NCBI GenBank assembly: GCA_017634455.1
Contig: JAGBNK010000017.1
Coordinates: forward strand, 59,625-123,624
Length of the DNA: 64,000 bases
From: Lachnospiraceae bacterium
Lineage (GTDB): Bacteria > Bacillota > Clostridia > Lachnospirales > Lachnospiraceae
Reading direction: 5' to 3'
A program made the position numbers and the translations under genes. The notes under the pieces are model-generated. The model was not told where the DNA came from, searched no databases, and saw only the letters and a program-made list of their open reading frames with translations. Positions 29,642 to 40,533 of the stretch are shown in pieces. Position 1 is the first letter of the stretch. Every line of letters begins with the position of its first letter.

Positions 29642-31255
29642 ATGGCAAATATCGATTTGACAAAATATGGTATTACTGGAACAACTGAGGTTGTTTACAA
29701 TCCTTCTTACGAGCAGTTGTTCGAAGAGGAAACAAAATCTGGTCTTACAGGATATGAAATTGGTCAGAACACTGAGTTGGATGCTGTAAACGTAATGACA
29801 GGTATCTACACAGGACGTTCTCCAAAAGACAAGTACATCGTTATGGATGACAACTCAAAGGACACAGTATGGTGGAATACACCTGAGTATCCAAATGACA
29901 ACCATCCAATGAGCGAAGAAGTATGGGCTACAGTAAAGGATCTCGCAAAGAAAGAGCTTTGCAACAAGAGATTATTTGTAGTTGATGCATTCTGTGGTGC
30001 AAATGCTGACACACGTATGGCAGTTCGTTTCATCGTAGAAGTTGCTTGGCAAGCACATTTCGTAAAGAACATGTTCATTCAGCCAACAGCTGCTGAGCTT
30101 GAGAACTTCGAGCCTGATTTTGTAGTATACAACGCTTCAAAGGCAAAGGTAGAAAACTACAAGGAGTTAGGTCTTAACTCTGAGACATGTGTAGCTTTCA
30201 ATATCACAAGCCGTGAGCAGGTTATCATCAACACATGGTACGGCGGAGAGATGAAGAAAGGTATGTTCTCTATGATGAACTACTACCTCCCACTTAAGGG
30301 TATTGCTTCAATGCACTGCTCAGCTAACTGCGACATGGACGGAAAGCACACAGCAATCTTCTTCGGATTATCTGGAACAGGAAAGACAACTCTTTCTACA
30401 GATCCAAAGCGTCGTCTTATCGGTGATGATGAGCACGGTTGGGATGACAACGGAGTATTCAACTTCGAAGGTGGATGCTATGCCAAGGTTATCGGACTTG
30501 ACAAAGAGTCTGAGCCAGATATCTACAACGCAATCAAGAGAGATGCTCTTCTTGAAAATGTAACTGTTGATGCAAACGGAAAGATTGACTTCGATGACAA
30601 GAGCGTAACAGAGAACACTCGTGTATCTTACCCAATCAATCACATCAACAACATTGCAGCAGAAGTTAACAATGTATCTTCTGGCCCTGCAGCAGACAAT
30701 GTAATCTTCCTTTCTGCTGATGCATTTGGAGTATTACCTCCAGTATCAATTCTTACACCAGAGCAGACTAAGTACTACTTCCTTTCAGGATTTACTGCTA
30801 AGCTTGCTGGTACAGAGAGAGGAATCACAGAGCCAACACCTACATTCTCAGCATGCTTCGGTCAGGCTTTCTTGGAGCTTCATCCAACAAAGTATGCAGA
30901 AGAGCTTGTTAAGAAGATGGAGAAGTCTGGAGCAAAGGCTTATCTTGTAAATACAGGATGGAATGGAACAGGCAAGAGAATCACAATCAAGGATACAAGA
31001 GGAATCATCGATGCTATCCTTTCTGGTGATATCAAGAATGCTCCTACAAAGACAATTCCAATGTTCAACTTCGAAGTTCCTACAGAGCTTCCAGGTGTAG
31101 ACCCAGCTATCCTTGATCCTAGAGATACATATGCTGATGCTTCTGAGTGGGAAACAAAGGCAAAAGATCTTGCAGAGAGATTCAACAAGAACTTCGTTAA
31201 GTACACATCAAATGATGCTGGAAAGGCTCTTGTATCAGCTGGTCCACAGTTGTAA
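29642..31255 (+). CDS. pckA: Phosphoenolpyruvate carboxykinase (ATP)
   Basis: 537 aa with kinase-1a motif [18 protein letters not shown] and NTGWNG. Confidence 0.95.
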   Translation: MANIDLTKYGITGTTEVVYNPSYEQLFEEETKSGLTGYEIGQNTELDAVNVMTGIYTGRSPKDKYIVMDDNSKDTVWWNTPEYPNDNHPMSEEVWATVKDLAKKELCNKRLFVVDAFCGANADTRMAVRFIVEVAWQAHFVKNMFIQPTAAELENFEPDFVVYNASKAKVENYKELGLNSETCVAFNITSREQVIINTWYGGEMKKGMFSMMNYYLPLKGIASMHCSANCDMDGKHTAIFFGLSGTGKTTLSTDPKRRLIGDDEHGWDDNGVFNFEGGCYAKVIGLDKESEPDIYNAIKRDALLENVTVDANGKIDFDDKSVTENTRVSYPINHINNIAAEVNNVSSGPAADNVIFLSADAFGVLPPVSILTPEQTKYYFLSGFTAKLAGTERGITEPTPTFSACFGQAFLELHPTKYAEELVKKMEKSGAKAYLVNTGWNGTGKRITIKDTRGIIDAILSGDIKNAPTKTIPMFNFEVPTELPGVDPAILDPRDTYADASEWETKAKDLAERFNKNFVKYTSNDAGKALVSAGPQL

Positions 31256-31296
31256 TTTGTCAAAAGCTATTTAACTAGTTTATATCTTAGAATATA

Positions 31297-31337
31297 TAAA
31301 ACGGATTAATGCAAATTGCATTAATCCGTTTTTTTAT
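31297..31337. terminator. Bidirectional rho-independent terminator (pckA and the convergent gene)
   Basis: Near-perfect palindrome AACGGATTAATGCAA/TTGCATTAATCCGTT (31300-31330), flanked by an A-run and a 7-nt T-run. Confidence 0.8.
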
Positions 31338-31342
31338 ATGAA

Positions 31343-32047
31343 CTAACCACATATATCTATCATAATAACATCATGATTTTCAATGAGATTCTCAACCTGA
31401 GATTTCAACTCATCCGAAGTCATTATCCCCTGACTCCAACCACACTGAAATTCATCTTCCTTAAGCACATCCAAATCAAGAGAAATGGCCAGTGGTAATG
31501 CCTCACCCTTCAACGCATCAATAATATCATTATTAGCCAATTCATATTCCTGCATAATATCATCTGTCCTTCGCTGCACCTGCCATTTTCCACCTCTATA
31601 TGCTTTCACATATACCACCTTATCATGAATACTTTCCAACTCATCAATGAGGTTTGACTCCATACCAATCATATATATCCCCTTGAGATGTTCTAACTTC
31701 TCCGCCGCCTCAAGGACCCATCCTCCGCAAGATGTAATACCACCAAAAGCCGGTGGCTTCATATCCGGATGATTATCATACAATACTAAAGTAAAGTCTT
31801 CTTCTATCATTTCAAGAAACAACAATGATAAATAATGATAATTGCCATTATCAATATAATGTATTCCATTTGCCCCGTACTTTTTCAAATCATTTCGGAT
31901 AACCTTGCCTGACTCATCATCAAGATAACAATTTATTCCATTCATCTCATAATAATCCAATCTAACATCTGGATTACTTGGCATATATGGAGCATCAAGG
32001 CATTCATTTGACATATTCAAAACCATAGTCTGGCTATTTCTAATCAT
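31343..32047 (-). CDS. Arginase-fold (ureohydrolase-like) family protein
   Basis: DNHPD (resembling DAHxD) and SLDLDVL (resembling SxDxDxxDP) metal-ligand-like motifs. Weak, motif-only call. Confidence 0.5.
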   Translation of the reverse strand: MIRNSQTMVLNMSNECLDAPYMPSNPDVRLDYYEMNGINCYLDDESGKVIRNDLKKYGANGIHYIDNGNYHYLSLLFLEMIEEDFTLVLYDNHPDMKPPAFGGITSCGGWVLEAAEKLEHLKGIYMIGMESNLIDELESIHDKVVYVKAYRGGKWQVQRRTDDIMQEYELANNDIIDALKGEALPLAISLDLDVLKEDEFQCGWSQGIMTSDELKSQVENLIENHDVIMIDICG

Positions 32048-32092
32048 AGTTGCATCTCCCTAGGAATCATTTTCTATAAATCATTTTACACT

Positions 32093-32121
32093 AAAAAGAG
32101 CGTGACATAAAAGCCACGCTC
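32093..32121 (-). terminator. Rho-independent terminator ending the maltodextrin/glycogen operon
   Basis: GAGCGTG (32098-32104) pairs with CACGCTC (32115-32121), with a U-tract from the A-run at 32093-32097. Confidence 0.7.
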
Positions 32122-32137
32122 ATTAGTTTTATCAATC

Positions 32138-34459
32138 TTACTTCAATTTCCAGATATCTCTATTGTATTCTGCAATAGTTCTGTCTGATGAGAAGAATCC
32201 AGCTTTGGCAATATTTACCACAGCCATCTGATTCCAATGCTTTCTGTCAGCATAATCAGCATATATTCTCTCCTTGATATCAATATACTCTCTCAAATCA
32301 AGAAGTGTCATAAACCAATCCTTGCTTACAAGTTCATGATGCAGTCTCTCCAGATTCTCAGCACAGCCAATTGACATAATCTCTGGTCCCACAATGAAAT
32401 CTACCAACTTATGAATCAGCTCATCCTCTTCATAAATCTTGCCGGCATTGTACGCAGATTCAGCATACAACTTGATTACATCATCTGATTTCTTACCAAA
32501 TATATAGATATTGTCATCACCAACTAAATCCTTGATTTCCACATTGGCTCCATCCTCTGTTCCAAGAGTGATAGCACCATTTAACATGAACTTCATGTTG
32601 GAAGTTCCTGATGCTTCCTTTGAAGCCAGAGAAATCTGTTCAGAAATCTCTGCTGCAGGAATAATCTTGGCAGCATATTCTACATTATAATTTTCTGCCA
32701 TAACAACTCTAAAATAAGGAGCTACATCAGGATCATTTGCTGTAAGTTCCTGCAAACATAAAATCAAATGAATAATATCCTTGGCAATTATATATGCAGG
32801 AGCAGCCTTGGCACCAAATATCATAGTGATTGGTTTCTCAGGTTTATTGCCAGCCTTAATCTCTAAATACTTATAGATAGCATACAATGCATTCATCTGC
32901 TGACGCTTATATTCATGCAATCTCTTGACCTGTACATCGTAGATAGAATCCGGGTTAATCTCTAAGCCCTGGCGGGATTTCATGAAATCAGCCAACTCTA
33001 CTTTGTTATTATGCTTGATTTCTTCGAGGCGATTAAGTACCTCATCATCACTCTTATACGCCTCGAAGTCAACAAGTTTCATAGCATCCTTCTTAAATTC
33101 AGATCCTATCTTATCCACGAGCAAGGAGGTAAGCTCTGGGTTGCAGTGAAGTAGCCATCTACGGAAAGTAATTCCATTAGTCTTATTATTAAACTTCTCT
33201 GGATAGAGTTTATAGAAGTTATTCAACTCACTTTCTTTCAAAATGTCTGTATGTAATGCAGCCACACCATTTATTGAGAATCCATAGTGAATATCCATAT
33301 GTGCCATATGCACTCTACCTGAATCATCAATGATATATGTACTTGCATCATCAACTGATTCGCGAACTCTATTATCCAGTTCTCTAATGATTGGAAGAAG
33401 ATGTGGTACCACTTCCTCCAGGTAATCTATAGGCCATTTTTCAAGAGCTTCTGCCAATATTGTATGATTGGTATAAGCGCAAGTCTGCTTTACTACATCA
33501 ATGGCCTCATCCATTGTAAATCCTTCCAACTGAAGCAGACGGATCAATTCCGGAATAACCATAGATGGGTGTGTATCATTTATCTGAATCACAACATGGT
33601 CATATAATTTATGCAAATCATATCCCTTGGCCTTGCAATCAGACAGAATGTACTGTGCGCCATTACTTACCATGAAATACTGCTGATATATACGAAGCAA
33701 CTGGCCCTTTCTATCACTGTCATCAGGATACAGAAACAGTGTCAGGTTCTTCTCTATATCATCCTTATCGAAATCTATGCTATCTTCCGGTACAATCTTC
33801 TCATCGATAGAATCCAAGTCAAATAGATGAAGCATATTCACTGCACCTGTCTCGTATCCTGGAACAGCAACATCATAAAGCACTGAGTTAACACTATATC
33901 TTCTGAAAGGAACCACGAAGCTTTCCTCTCTTCTAATAAGCCAATTCTCTTTATCAATCCATGGATTCTTCACTTCCTTCTGAAGTTTATTCTCAAACTC
34001 CTGTTTAAATAATCCATAATGATAATTCAATCCAATTCCATCACCTGGCAGATTCAATGTAGCAATTGAATCAAGGAAGCAAGCTGCCAGTCGGCCTAAT
34101 CCGCCATTTCCAAGAGAAGGTTCGCTCTCGAACTCCTCCACCTGTTGCATGCTCTTGCCATATTTCTGCAACACCTCATCAACTTCATTATATAAACCTA
34201 AATTGATGAGATTATTTGACAATAATTTGCCTATCAAAAACTCTGCTGAAATATAATATACCTTCTTGTCTCCTGAGACTCTTGGCATATCCTCCATCAA
34301 AGCTTTGGTATATGTAAGAAGGGCTGCGGCCACTTCCTGGTCTGATGCGTCATCTAGACTCTTGCCATATAACTCACGCAAGATTCCATTGATTTTATTT
34401 TCCAATGTATCCTCTGATGCCGCCACTCCTCTTAACTTTGCAAATAATTCCTTTAACAT
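32138..34459 (-). CDS. glgP: Alpha-glucan (glycogen/maltodextrin) phosphorylase
   Basis: 773 aa with the PLP-Lys region [15 protein letters not shown] and the [15 protein letters not shown] motif. Confidence 0.93.
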   Translation of the reverse strand: MLKELFAKLRGVAASEDTLENKINGILRELYGKSLDDASDQEVAAALLTYTKALMEDMPRVSGDKKVYYISAEFLIGKLLSNNLINLGLYNEVDEVLQKYGKSMQQVEEFESEPSLGNGGLGRLAACFLDSIATLNLPGDGIGLNYHYGLFKQEFENKLQKEVKNPWIDKENWLIRREESFVVPFRRYSVNSVLYDVAVPGYETGAVNMLHLFDLDSIDEKIVPEDSIDFDKDDIEKNLTLFLYPDDSDRKGQLLRIYQQYFMVSNGAQYILSDCKAKGYDLHKLYDHVVIQINDTHPSMVIPELIRLLQLEGFTMDEAIDVVKQTCAYTNHTILAEALEKWPIDYLEEVVPHLLPIIRELDNRVRESVDDASTYIIDDSGRVHMAHMDIHYGFSINGVAALHTDILKESELNNFYKLYPEKFNNKTNGITFRRWLLHCNPELTSLLVDKIGSEFKKDAMKLVDFEAYKSDDEVLNRLEEIKHNNKVELADFMKSRQGLEINPDSIYDVQVKRLHEYKRQQMNALYAIYKYLEIKAGNKPEKPITMIFGAKAAPAYIIAKDIIHLILCLQELTANDPDVAPYFRVVMAENYNVEYAAKIIPAAEISEQISLASKEASGTSNMKFMLNGAITLGTEDGANVEIKDLVGDDNIYIFGKKSDDVIKLYAESAYNAGKIYEEDELIHKLVDFIVGPEIMSIGCAENLERLHHELVSKDWFMTLLDLREYIDIKERIYADYADRKHWNQMAVVNIAKAGFFSSDRTIAEYNRDIWKLK

Positions 34460-34468
34460 GATCCTCTC

Positions 34469-35485
34469 CTATATACTTCTTACACTTTCGCCAATTCTAA
34501 GTTCTGCGTCCACAATCTCGTGAACCCCATTCTGCTCGCCTTCTATAATCTGAGCCATTATCTCAACTGCTCGATTTGCCATTAAATCTCTAGGTTGTAC
34601 CAAGGTAGTGAGTGTAGGTATGAAATAAGATGTCATATCAATTCCATCTATTCCTACCACAGATACATCTTCCGGTATCTGCTTGCCACAATCCGATAGA
34701 GCCTTCATGGTAGCTAGAGCAATAAGGTCAGATATTCCAAAGGCAGCTGTAAATTCAGCCCCTTCCATAACAGCTCGTTTCACTCCATCATAAGCCGCTT
34801 CCATGGAATAATCCCCTGTAGAAATAATCAAATCATTTTCAACTTCTAAGCCGGCTTCCTTCATTGCCTTACAATAGCCCAAATATCTCAATTCAGAAAT
34901 TGATTTATCCTCCACAGACGGCAACACAATAGCAATTCTCTTGTGTCCCTGTGAAGCTAAATAACTAACTGCTTTGTATGCAGTATCCTCATCATCTATA
35001 CATACAGATGAGAAATCCTTACTGGATATTCCACCAAAGATATTGGAAAATGTACAACATACAATAGGCACATCAATCTGTTCCATCTCTGCCGGTGTAC
35101 GATCAAAATTTCCACCCAACAGAATCACGCCTTTGAGCTTATGGCTCTTGGCAAGAGATGCCGCCTCTGCAATTTCATTTTCCCCCACACGAATCTGATG
35201 CAAGTAAGTATTGTATCCCAGTTCATGAGCTCGCTTTAAGATTGTTGATACCATCTCATTGAAGAAAGGATTCTTGATACCTCTGATAACAACTCCAATA
35301 GAGTCCTCCTGAGTTCTGGCAAGAGACGCCGCTCCCTCGTGAGGCACAAAATGCTCTTCCTCTATAACCTTCAATACTTTCTCTCTTACATCCTGTTTCA
35401 CATAAGGTTGATTGTTCAAAACCCTAGATACTGTGGATACTGACACGCCACATTTGGCAGCAATATCTTTGATTGTCATTTTCAT
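34469..35485 (-). CDS. LacI-family transcriptional regulator (MalR-like by context)
   Basis: N-terminal HTH MTIKDIAAKCGVSVSTVSRVLNN plus a periplasmic-binding-protein fold. Confidence 0.9.
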   Translation of the reverse strand: MKMTIKDIAAKCGVSVSTVSRVLNNQPYVKQDVREKVLKVIEEEHFVPHEGAASLARTQEDSIGVVIRGIKNPFFNEMVSTILKRAHELGYNTYLHQIRVGENEIAEAASLAKSHKLKGVILLGGNFDRTPAEMEQIDVPIVCCTFSNIFGGISSKDFSSVCIDDEDTAYKAVSYLASQGHKRIAIVLPSVEDKSISELRYLGYCKAMKEAGLEVENDLIISTGDYSMEAAYDGVKRAVMEGAEFTAAFGISDLIALATMKALSDCGKQIPEDVSVVGIDGIDMTSYFIPTLTTLVQPRDLMANRAVEIMAQIIEGEQNGVHEIVDAELRIGESVRSI

Positions 35486-35582
35486 TTCCCTCTCCGTTAA
35501 TGGAATTATTTACTGTATATTCTTCCATTATTATATTTATTGACCATAATAAATACAAGATAAAGGACTATAAACTTCGACT

Positions 35583-37058
35583 TTAACGGTTGTTTTTGAT
35601 AGTTACTTCTCTTATTCTACGCGCCAACGCCTTCAGGTCCACATCAACTCTCATACGCCAACGCCAATTGCCTTGTAATGTACCAGGCACATTAATTCTA
35701 GCCTCGCTATCCAGCTCCAAGTAATCCTGCATCTGTGCCACGAAAAGATTACATCTAGTAGCCATTCCACCATCAATGGCTTTCCAATTGAAGTTATCCC
35801 AGAAATGAATATGGAAGAACTTCTTCATCTTGCGTACATCTGCCGGATTAGCTTCATGCTTCCAACCGCGCATAGTAGTATTATCATGAGTTCCTGTATA
35901 GCAGATTGAGTTCTCAATGAAATCATTTGGTGAAGCATCGCTCTTGTCTCTGGCGTCAAATGAGAACTGCAGTACATTCATTCCTGGGAAGCCTGAATCT
36001 CTAAGCATCTGTCTCACATCATCTGTTAGGAATCCCAAGTCCTCTGCTATAAACTCTGTATTTGGGCAAGCCTGTTTCAATGCATTGACAAGCTTAATGC
36101 CAGGTCCCTTGACCCACTGCCCGTTCTTGGCAGTTTTCTCGCCATAAGGTACAGCCCAATAGCTTTCAAATCCTCTAAAATGATCTATTCGAATCACATC
36201 ATAGAGTGACAAAGCACCTCTGATTCGTCTAATCCACCACTGATATCCATCTGCCTCCATATCGTCCCAACGGTACAGAGGATTTCCCCAAAGCTGTCCA
36301 TCAGCTGTAAATGCATCTGGGGGAACTCCTGATACCTTTACAGGTACATTTTTCTCATCCAGCTGGAACCAATGTGGCTCAGCCCATACATCAGCTGAAT
36401 CCATAGCGGTGTAAATAGGAATATCGCCTATAATCAGAATTCCCTGTCTTGCAGCATATTCCTTTAACTTAGCCCACTGCTTGAAGAATAGATACTGTAC
36501 ATATTTGTACACCTCTATTTCTTCTGCCAATTCTTCTGTCTTGGCCTTCACAACTTCAGGTTTGCGAAGCTTAATATCCTCTGGCCACTCAGTCCAGGAT
36601 TTCATGCCGTTCTCTCTCTTGACAGCACAGTACAATGCATAGTCATTCAGCCAATATGACCTATCTTCTTTAAATCTCTTGTATTCTAACTCATCCCTTG
36701 CTATACCACGTTTTGCAGCAATGGTTAGCACCTTCATTCTATTCTCATATATTTTGCCATAATCGATTTTCTCAGAATCATTTCCCCAATCGATATTTGC
36801 ATACTCCTCTGGTTTCAACAATCCATCCTGAGACAGCATCTCAAAATCTACGAAATATGGATTGCCTGCATACACAGACAAACTTGAATAAGGTGAATCG
36901 CCATAGCTAAGAGGTCCCACCGGCAGCATCTGCCAATAAGTCTGCTTAGCATCCTTTAGAAAATCAATAAATTCATAAGCAGCTCGACCTATTGTCCCAA
37001 TGCCATATGGTGATGGCAAGGATGCTATTGGCATTAAAATTCCGCAACTTCTCTTCAT
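35583..37058 (-). CDS. malQ: 4-alpha-glucanotransferase (amylomaltase)
   Basis: 491 aa with GH77 motifs (IGDIPIY, RIDHFRGF, IAEDLG, TGTHDN). Confidence 0.92.
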   Translation of the reverse strand: MKRSCGILMPIASLPSPYGIGTIGRAAYEFIDFLKDAKQTYWQMLPVGPLSYGDSPYSSLSVYAGNPYFVDFEMLSQDGLLKPEEYANIDWGNDSEKIDYGKIYENRMKVLTIAAKRGIARDELEYKRFKEDRSYWLNDYALYCAVKRENGMKSWTEWPEDIKLRKPEVVKAKTEELAEEIEVYKYVQYLFFKQWAKLKEYAARQGILIIGDIPIYTAMDSADVWAEPHWFQLDEKNVPVKVSGVPPDAFTADGQLWGNPLYRWDDMEADGYQWWIRRIRGALSLYDVIRIDHFRGFESYWAVPYGEKTAKNGQWVKGPGIKLVNALKQACPNTEFIAEDLGFLTDDVRQMLRDSGFPGMNVLQFSFDARDKSDASPNDFIENSICYTGTHDNTTMRGWKHEANPADVRKMKKFFHIHFWDNFNWKAIDGGMATRCNLFVAQMQDYLELDSEARINVPGTLQGNWRWRMRVDVDLKALARRIREVTIKNNR

Positions 37059-37063
37059 GTGTC

Positions 37064-37927
37064 TTATCCTTTCACAGCTCCAGCCGCAACTCCCTTGATA
37101 ATATATTTCTGGCAGCTCATGTAGAATACAATAATTGGAATAATACTTACTACAATAAGAGCCATAATCGCACCAAGATCGACTGAACCATAACTACCCT
37201 GTAAATACTGAATATGAATTGGAATTGTCATATACTTCTTTCTATCAAGCACCAGATAAGGAAGCAGATAATCATTCCATATCCACATAATCTCCAAGAT
37301 ACCAACAGATATCATGGTAGGCTTCAACATAGGAAGCACCACCAGGAAAAATGTACGAAGAGGTCCGCATCCATCAATAGCAGCTGCCTCTTCAATTTCC
37401 AACGGCAGACTCTTTACAAATCCTACAAACATAAAACTTGCAAGTCCTGCTCCAAATCCCAGATATATTATCGGTATGGTAAATGGTGTATTTAAGTCCA
37501 GAGAATCTGCAGTCTTGGACAAGGTGTACATAACCATCTGGAATGGAACTACCATTGAAAATACAAATAGGTAATAACAAATCTTACAGAATAAACTGTT
37601 TACTCTGGCAACATACCATGCAGCCATTGAAGTACATAACAAAATCAAGAATGTAGACACAATGGTAATTATCAAAGAGAATGCTACTGATTTCATAAAT
37701 GGATAATTACCAAAAGTCATACCTTTAATATAGTTTCCCATTCCAACAAACATATCTCCAGTTGGAAGGGAGAAGGCCTCTGTCTTGATATATCTGTTAT
37801 TTTTGAACGAATTCATAAGCACCATCAAAAGGGGCATAACATATATGACTGATACAATTGTAAGGCATACAGTAACTGCCATTTTCTTTCTATTAGTATC
37901 TGTCTTGGTCTGCATTTTCTTACTCAT
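37064..37927 (-). CDS. Carbohydrate ABC transporter permease (MalG-like)
   Basis: Six-TM permease with an EAA loop (EIEEAAAIDGCGPLRTFFLVVLP). Confidence 0.88.
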   Translation of the reverse strand: MSKKMQTKTDTNRKKMAVTVCLTIVSVIYVMPLLMVLMNSFKNNRYIKTEAFSLPTGDMFVGMGNYIKGMTFGNYPFMKSVAFSLIITIVSTFLILLCTSMAAWYVARVNSLFCKICYYLFVFSMVVPFQMVMYTLSKTADSLDLNTPFTIPIIYLGFGAGLASFMFVGFVKSLPLEIEEAAAIDGCGPLRTFFLVVLPMLKPTMISVGILEIMWIWNDYLLPYLVLDRKKYMTIPIHIQYLQGSYGSVDLGAIMALIVVSIIPIIVFYMSCQKYIIKGVAAGAVKG

Positions 37928-38847
37928 TACTGCTGTACCTCCTTTGATTTTGTTGCTTTAAGCTGAATCAATGAGATTGCAGCTACTAATATGAAAAACA
38001 ATACAGCCTTGGCCTGTGCCACACCCTTGGCGCTGGCAGCCTGTCCATAAAATGTATTGTAAATATTCAAAGCTAACATTTCTGTTGTTCTAATCTGTGT
38101 ACCATCCGCCATGAACTTAAATGGCTGTCCACCTGTCAAAGCTAAGTTCTGATCAAATAACTTGAATCCATTGGTAAGTGATAAGAACATACAAATTGTA
38201 ATTGAAGGCATAACATTTGGTAATGTGACATGTATCAATGTCTGCCATCTTGAAGCTCCATCAATTACTGCAGCTTCCATTAAATCTCCTGGCACTGACT
38301 GTAGTCCTGCGATATAGATAATCATCATATATCCAATCTGCTGCCAGCACATTAATACTACCAATCCCCAGAAGCCGTATTTGGTTTCCAGCAAAATCGA
38401 AGTATTGTATCTGCTAAGTATTCCATTGAAAATCATACTCCAGATGTATCCTAATACAATTCCACCAATTAGATTAGGCATAAAGAATACTGTTCTAAAA
38501 ATATTGGTTCCTTTCAACCCTTGTGTCAAAAGGTAGGCCAACAAAAAAGCAATTAAGTTAATCAAGACCAATGATACAACAGCATACAAAGCTGTATACC
38601 CGAATGCATGTCTGAAACTGGCATCATTAAAGGCTTTGATATAGTTATCGAATCCGATAAAAGTAGCATTGCTAGTAGTAACAAATTTACAGAATGACAG
38701 ATATATACCTTTTAAGAAAGGATATATAAATCCTATAAAAAATGCTGCAAATGTTGGCAAAAGAAATATAGGGAAACATCGACGAATTGGTCTGGTTACC
38801 ATGCTTGAATTTGTGACTTTAACGTCTAACTTGTTATTCTCTTTCAT
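37927..38847 (-). CDS. Carbohydrate ABC transporter permease (MalF-like)
   Basis: EAA loop LMEAAVIDGASRWQTLIHVTLP. Start/stop overlap with the next permease. Confidence 0.88.
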   Translation of the reverse strand: MKENNKLDVKVTNSSMVTRPIRRCFPIFLLPTFAAFFIGFIYPFLKGIYLSFCKFVTTSNATFIGFDNYIKAFNDASFRHAFGYTALYAVVSLVLINLIAFLLAYLLTQGLKGTNIFRTVFFMPNLIGGIVLGYIWSMIFNGILSRYNTSILLETKYGFWGLVVLMCWQQIGYMMIIYIAGLQSVPGDLMEAAVIDGASRWQTLIHVTLPNVMPSITICMFLSLTNGFKLFDQNLALTGGQPFKFMADGTQIRTTEMLALNIYNTFYGQAASAKGVAQAKAVLFFILVAAISLIQLKATKSKEVQQ

Positions 38848-38877
38848 AATTATTTTGCCTCTTTTTATATAATTTGA

Positions 38878-38899
38878 GCGGTCACAGTCTTGTGACCGC
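38878..38899 (-). other. Intercistronic stem-loop without a U-tract after the SBP gene
   Basis: GCGGTCACA (38878-38886) pairs with TGTGACCGC (38891-38899) around a 4-nt loop. No T-run follows on the minus strand. Confidence 0.5.
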
Positions 38900-38964
38900 C
38901 CAGTAAATTAACATATGTATTTTATTTCTCCAGAGGAGTTTTTCTATTATTATCTATACTCTAA

Positions 38965-40257
38965 TTACTGCTGTGCAGCCTGGTACTGTGTAGCCCATCC
39001 ATCAACAAATGCTGATACTACATCATCCCAGCTTCCGCCTGCATCATACTGATTGATTGCTGAAACAACACCAGCTCTCCAATCATCTACATTTGGTGTA
39101 AGATTGAATGTCCAATCAACTGTATACTTACCAGCTTCACGCATCTCATCACCCTGCTTGATGAAGAGGTTTGTATTCTCCTGTGCTCCCTTGTAAGGAA
39201 TTACACCGAACTGATCAGCCATGCACTTTGTACCTTCTTCACTTGTAACCATCCACTTCATGAAATCCAAAGTAGCCTGGATATCTTCTTCTGAAGCATT
39301 TGCATTTACAGCCCAGCAGTTCTCTGTACCAGAGCAAAGTCCCTGATTCTCCTCACCTTCAACTCCTACATAGATAGGAATCATTGCAAGTTCATCATCT
39401 GAGTACTTCTCTGAAAGTGCTGAATATTCCCATGAACCATTCTGATAGAATACTGCCTCACCATTTAAGAACTCTGTCTCAGCATCATATCCTGCATCAG
39501 CAAGTGTTGCCTTGTCGTTCTTAGCATCTGTTGTATACAGATCCCAAATCTTCTTGTAGTTATCAAGGTATGTACCCTTGATAGTTGCAGGACAAATTCC
39601 ATCCCATCCATCAGCTTCTGCCTCATAGTAGAGTGGCATATTTGCAAGATGTCCTGAGAATCTCCAAGATGAAGAATCATCCATTCCTGATGATGTGAAT
39701 GCATCAAAACCAAGTGTTGCTGCATTTGCATGAATATCATCAGCTACTGCCTTTAAAGAATCAAAGTTCTTGATTTCATCAAGTGAATGTCCAGCCTTTG
39801 CAAGTAATGTCTTGTTTACAATAATACCAAATGACTCATAGCAATATCCAATAGAAGCAACCTTGTCTCCATCGTATAATGTGAAATCATCTGTTGTTAA
39901 TTCCTTGTATACATCTGTGTCCTTCAAGTCATAGCAGAAGTCACCCCATGTCTTTACTGCTGCCTGGTTACCAACAACAAAAAGTGTAGGAGCCTCATCC
40001 TTGTCCATCTCTGCTGTAAGAGTAGAGTTGTATGTTCCCTCTGCTGCTGTAACGATTGTAACAGGAACACCTGTCTGATCTGTGTAAGTCTTAGCAATTC
40101 CCTGCAAAGCCTCATCAGCCTCTGGCTTGAAGTTCAACCAATAAACCTGTCCTTCTGAATCACTACTAGATCCAGATGTTGTCTTGTTACCGCATCCAGC
40201 GAAACAAGCTGCAACCATTGTCGCTGCCATAGCGACAGCCAACATTCTTTTTTTCAT
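38965..40257 (-). CDS. Maltodextrin/sugar ABC transporter substrate-binding lipoprotein
   Basis: Signal peptide with lipobox (MKKRMLAVAMAATMVAACFAGC). I prefer the start at 40257 because GGAGGG lies 7 nt upstream; the track ORF begins at 40272. Confidence 0.88.
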   Translation of the reverse strand: MKKRMLAVAMAATMVAACFAGCGNKTTSGSSSDSEGQVYWLNFKPEADEALQGIAKTYTDQTGVPVTIVTAAEGTYNSTLTAEMDKDEAPTLFVVGNQAAVKTWGDFCYDLKDTDVYKELTTDDFTLYDGDKVASIGYCYESFGIIVNKTLLAKAGHSLDEIKNFDSLKAVADDIHANAATLGFDAFTSSGMDDSSSWRFSGHLANMPLYYEAEADGWDGICPATIKGTYLDNYKKIWDLYTTDAKNDKATLADAGYDAETEFLNGEAVFYQNGSWEYSALSEKYSDDELAMIPIYVGVEGEENQGLCSGTENCWAVNANASEEDIQATLDFMKWMVTSEEGTKCMADQFGVIPYKGAQENTNLFIKQGDEMREAGKYTVDWTFNLTPNVDDWRAGVVSAINQYDAGGSWDDVVSAFVDGWATQYQAAQQ

Positions 40258-40300
40258 TTTGATACCCTCCATTATATTTCCTCTGTTAAAATACGTCCTC

Positions 40301-40339
40301 CGAAACGATTTCTGAAATCGTTATCTGAAACCGTTTTCA
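40301..40339. promoter_or_regulatory. Cluster of cre/LacI-type operator half-palindromes in the mal operon leader
   Basis: CGAAACGATTTC (40301-40312), TGAAATCGTTATCT (40313-40326) and TGAAACCGTTTTCA (40326-40339). The last fits the cre consensus TGNAANCGNWNNCA. Confidence 0.5.
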
Positions 40340-40351
40340 GAACCTGCATAT

Positions 40352-40380
40352 AATTTACACCCCAGCGCCAAAACTGTCAA
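40352..40380 (-). promoter_or_regulatory. Putative promoter of the maltodextrin operon
   Basis: The minus strand reads TTGACA (40380-40375), a 17-nt spacer, then TAAATT (40357-40352). The operator cluster lies just downstream of the predicted start site. Confidence 0.5.
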
Positions 40381-40449
40381 CAATTATGACGGTTTTTACA
40401 TTCACTTTGTGAAAAGCCTCCAAAGCTGCCACCTGTTTTTTGTACAAAT

Positions 40450-40463
40450 TGAAAACGTTATCA
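40450..40463. promoter_or_regulatory. Additional cre/LacI-type operator upstream of the mal promoter
   Basis: TGAAAACGTTATCA fits TGNAANCGNWNNCA. Confidence 0.45.
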
Positions 40464-40533
40464 GATTCTATGCCTTAATATATTTTGAGCTTAAGCACCA
40501 TATATTAACAATCTATGCTATAATCTCTGTGTT

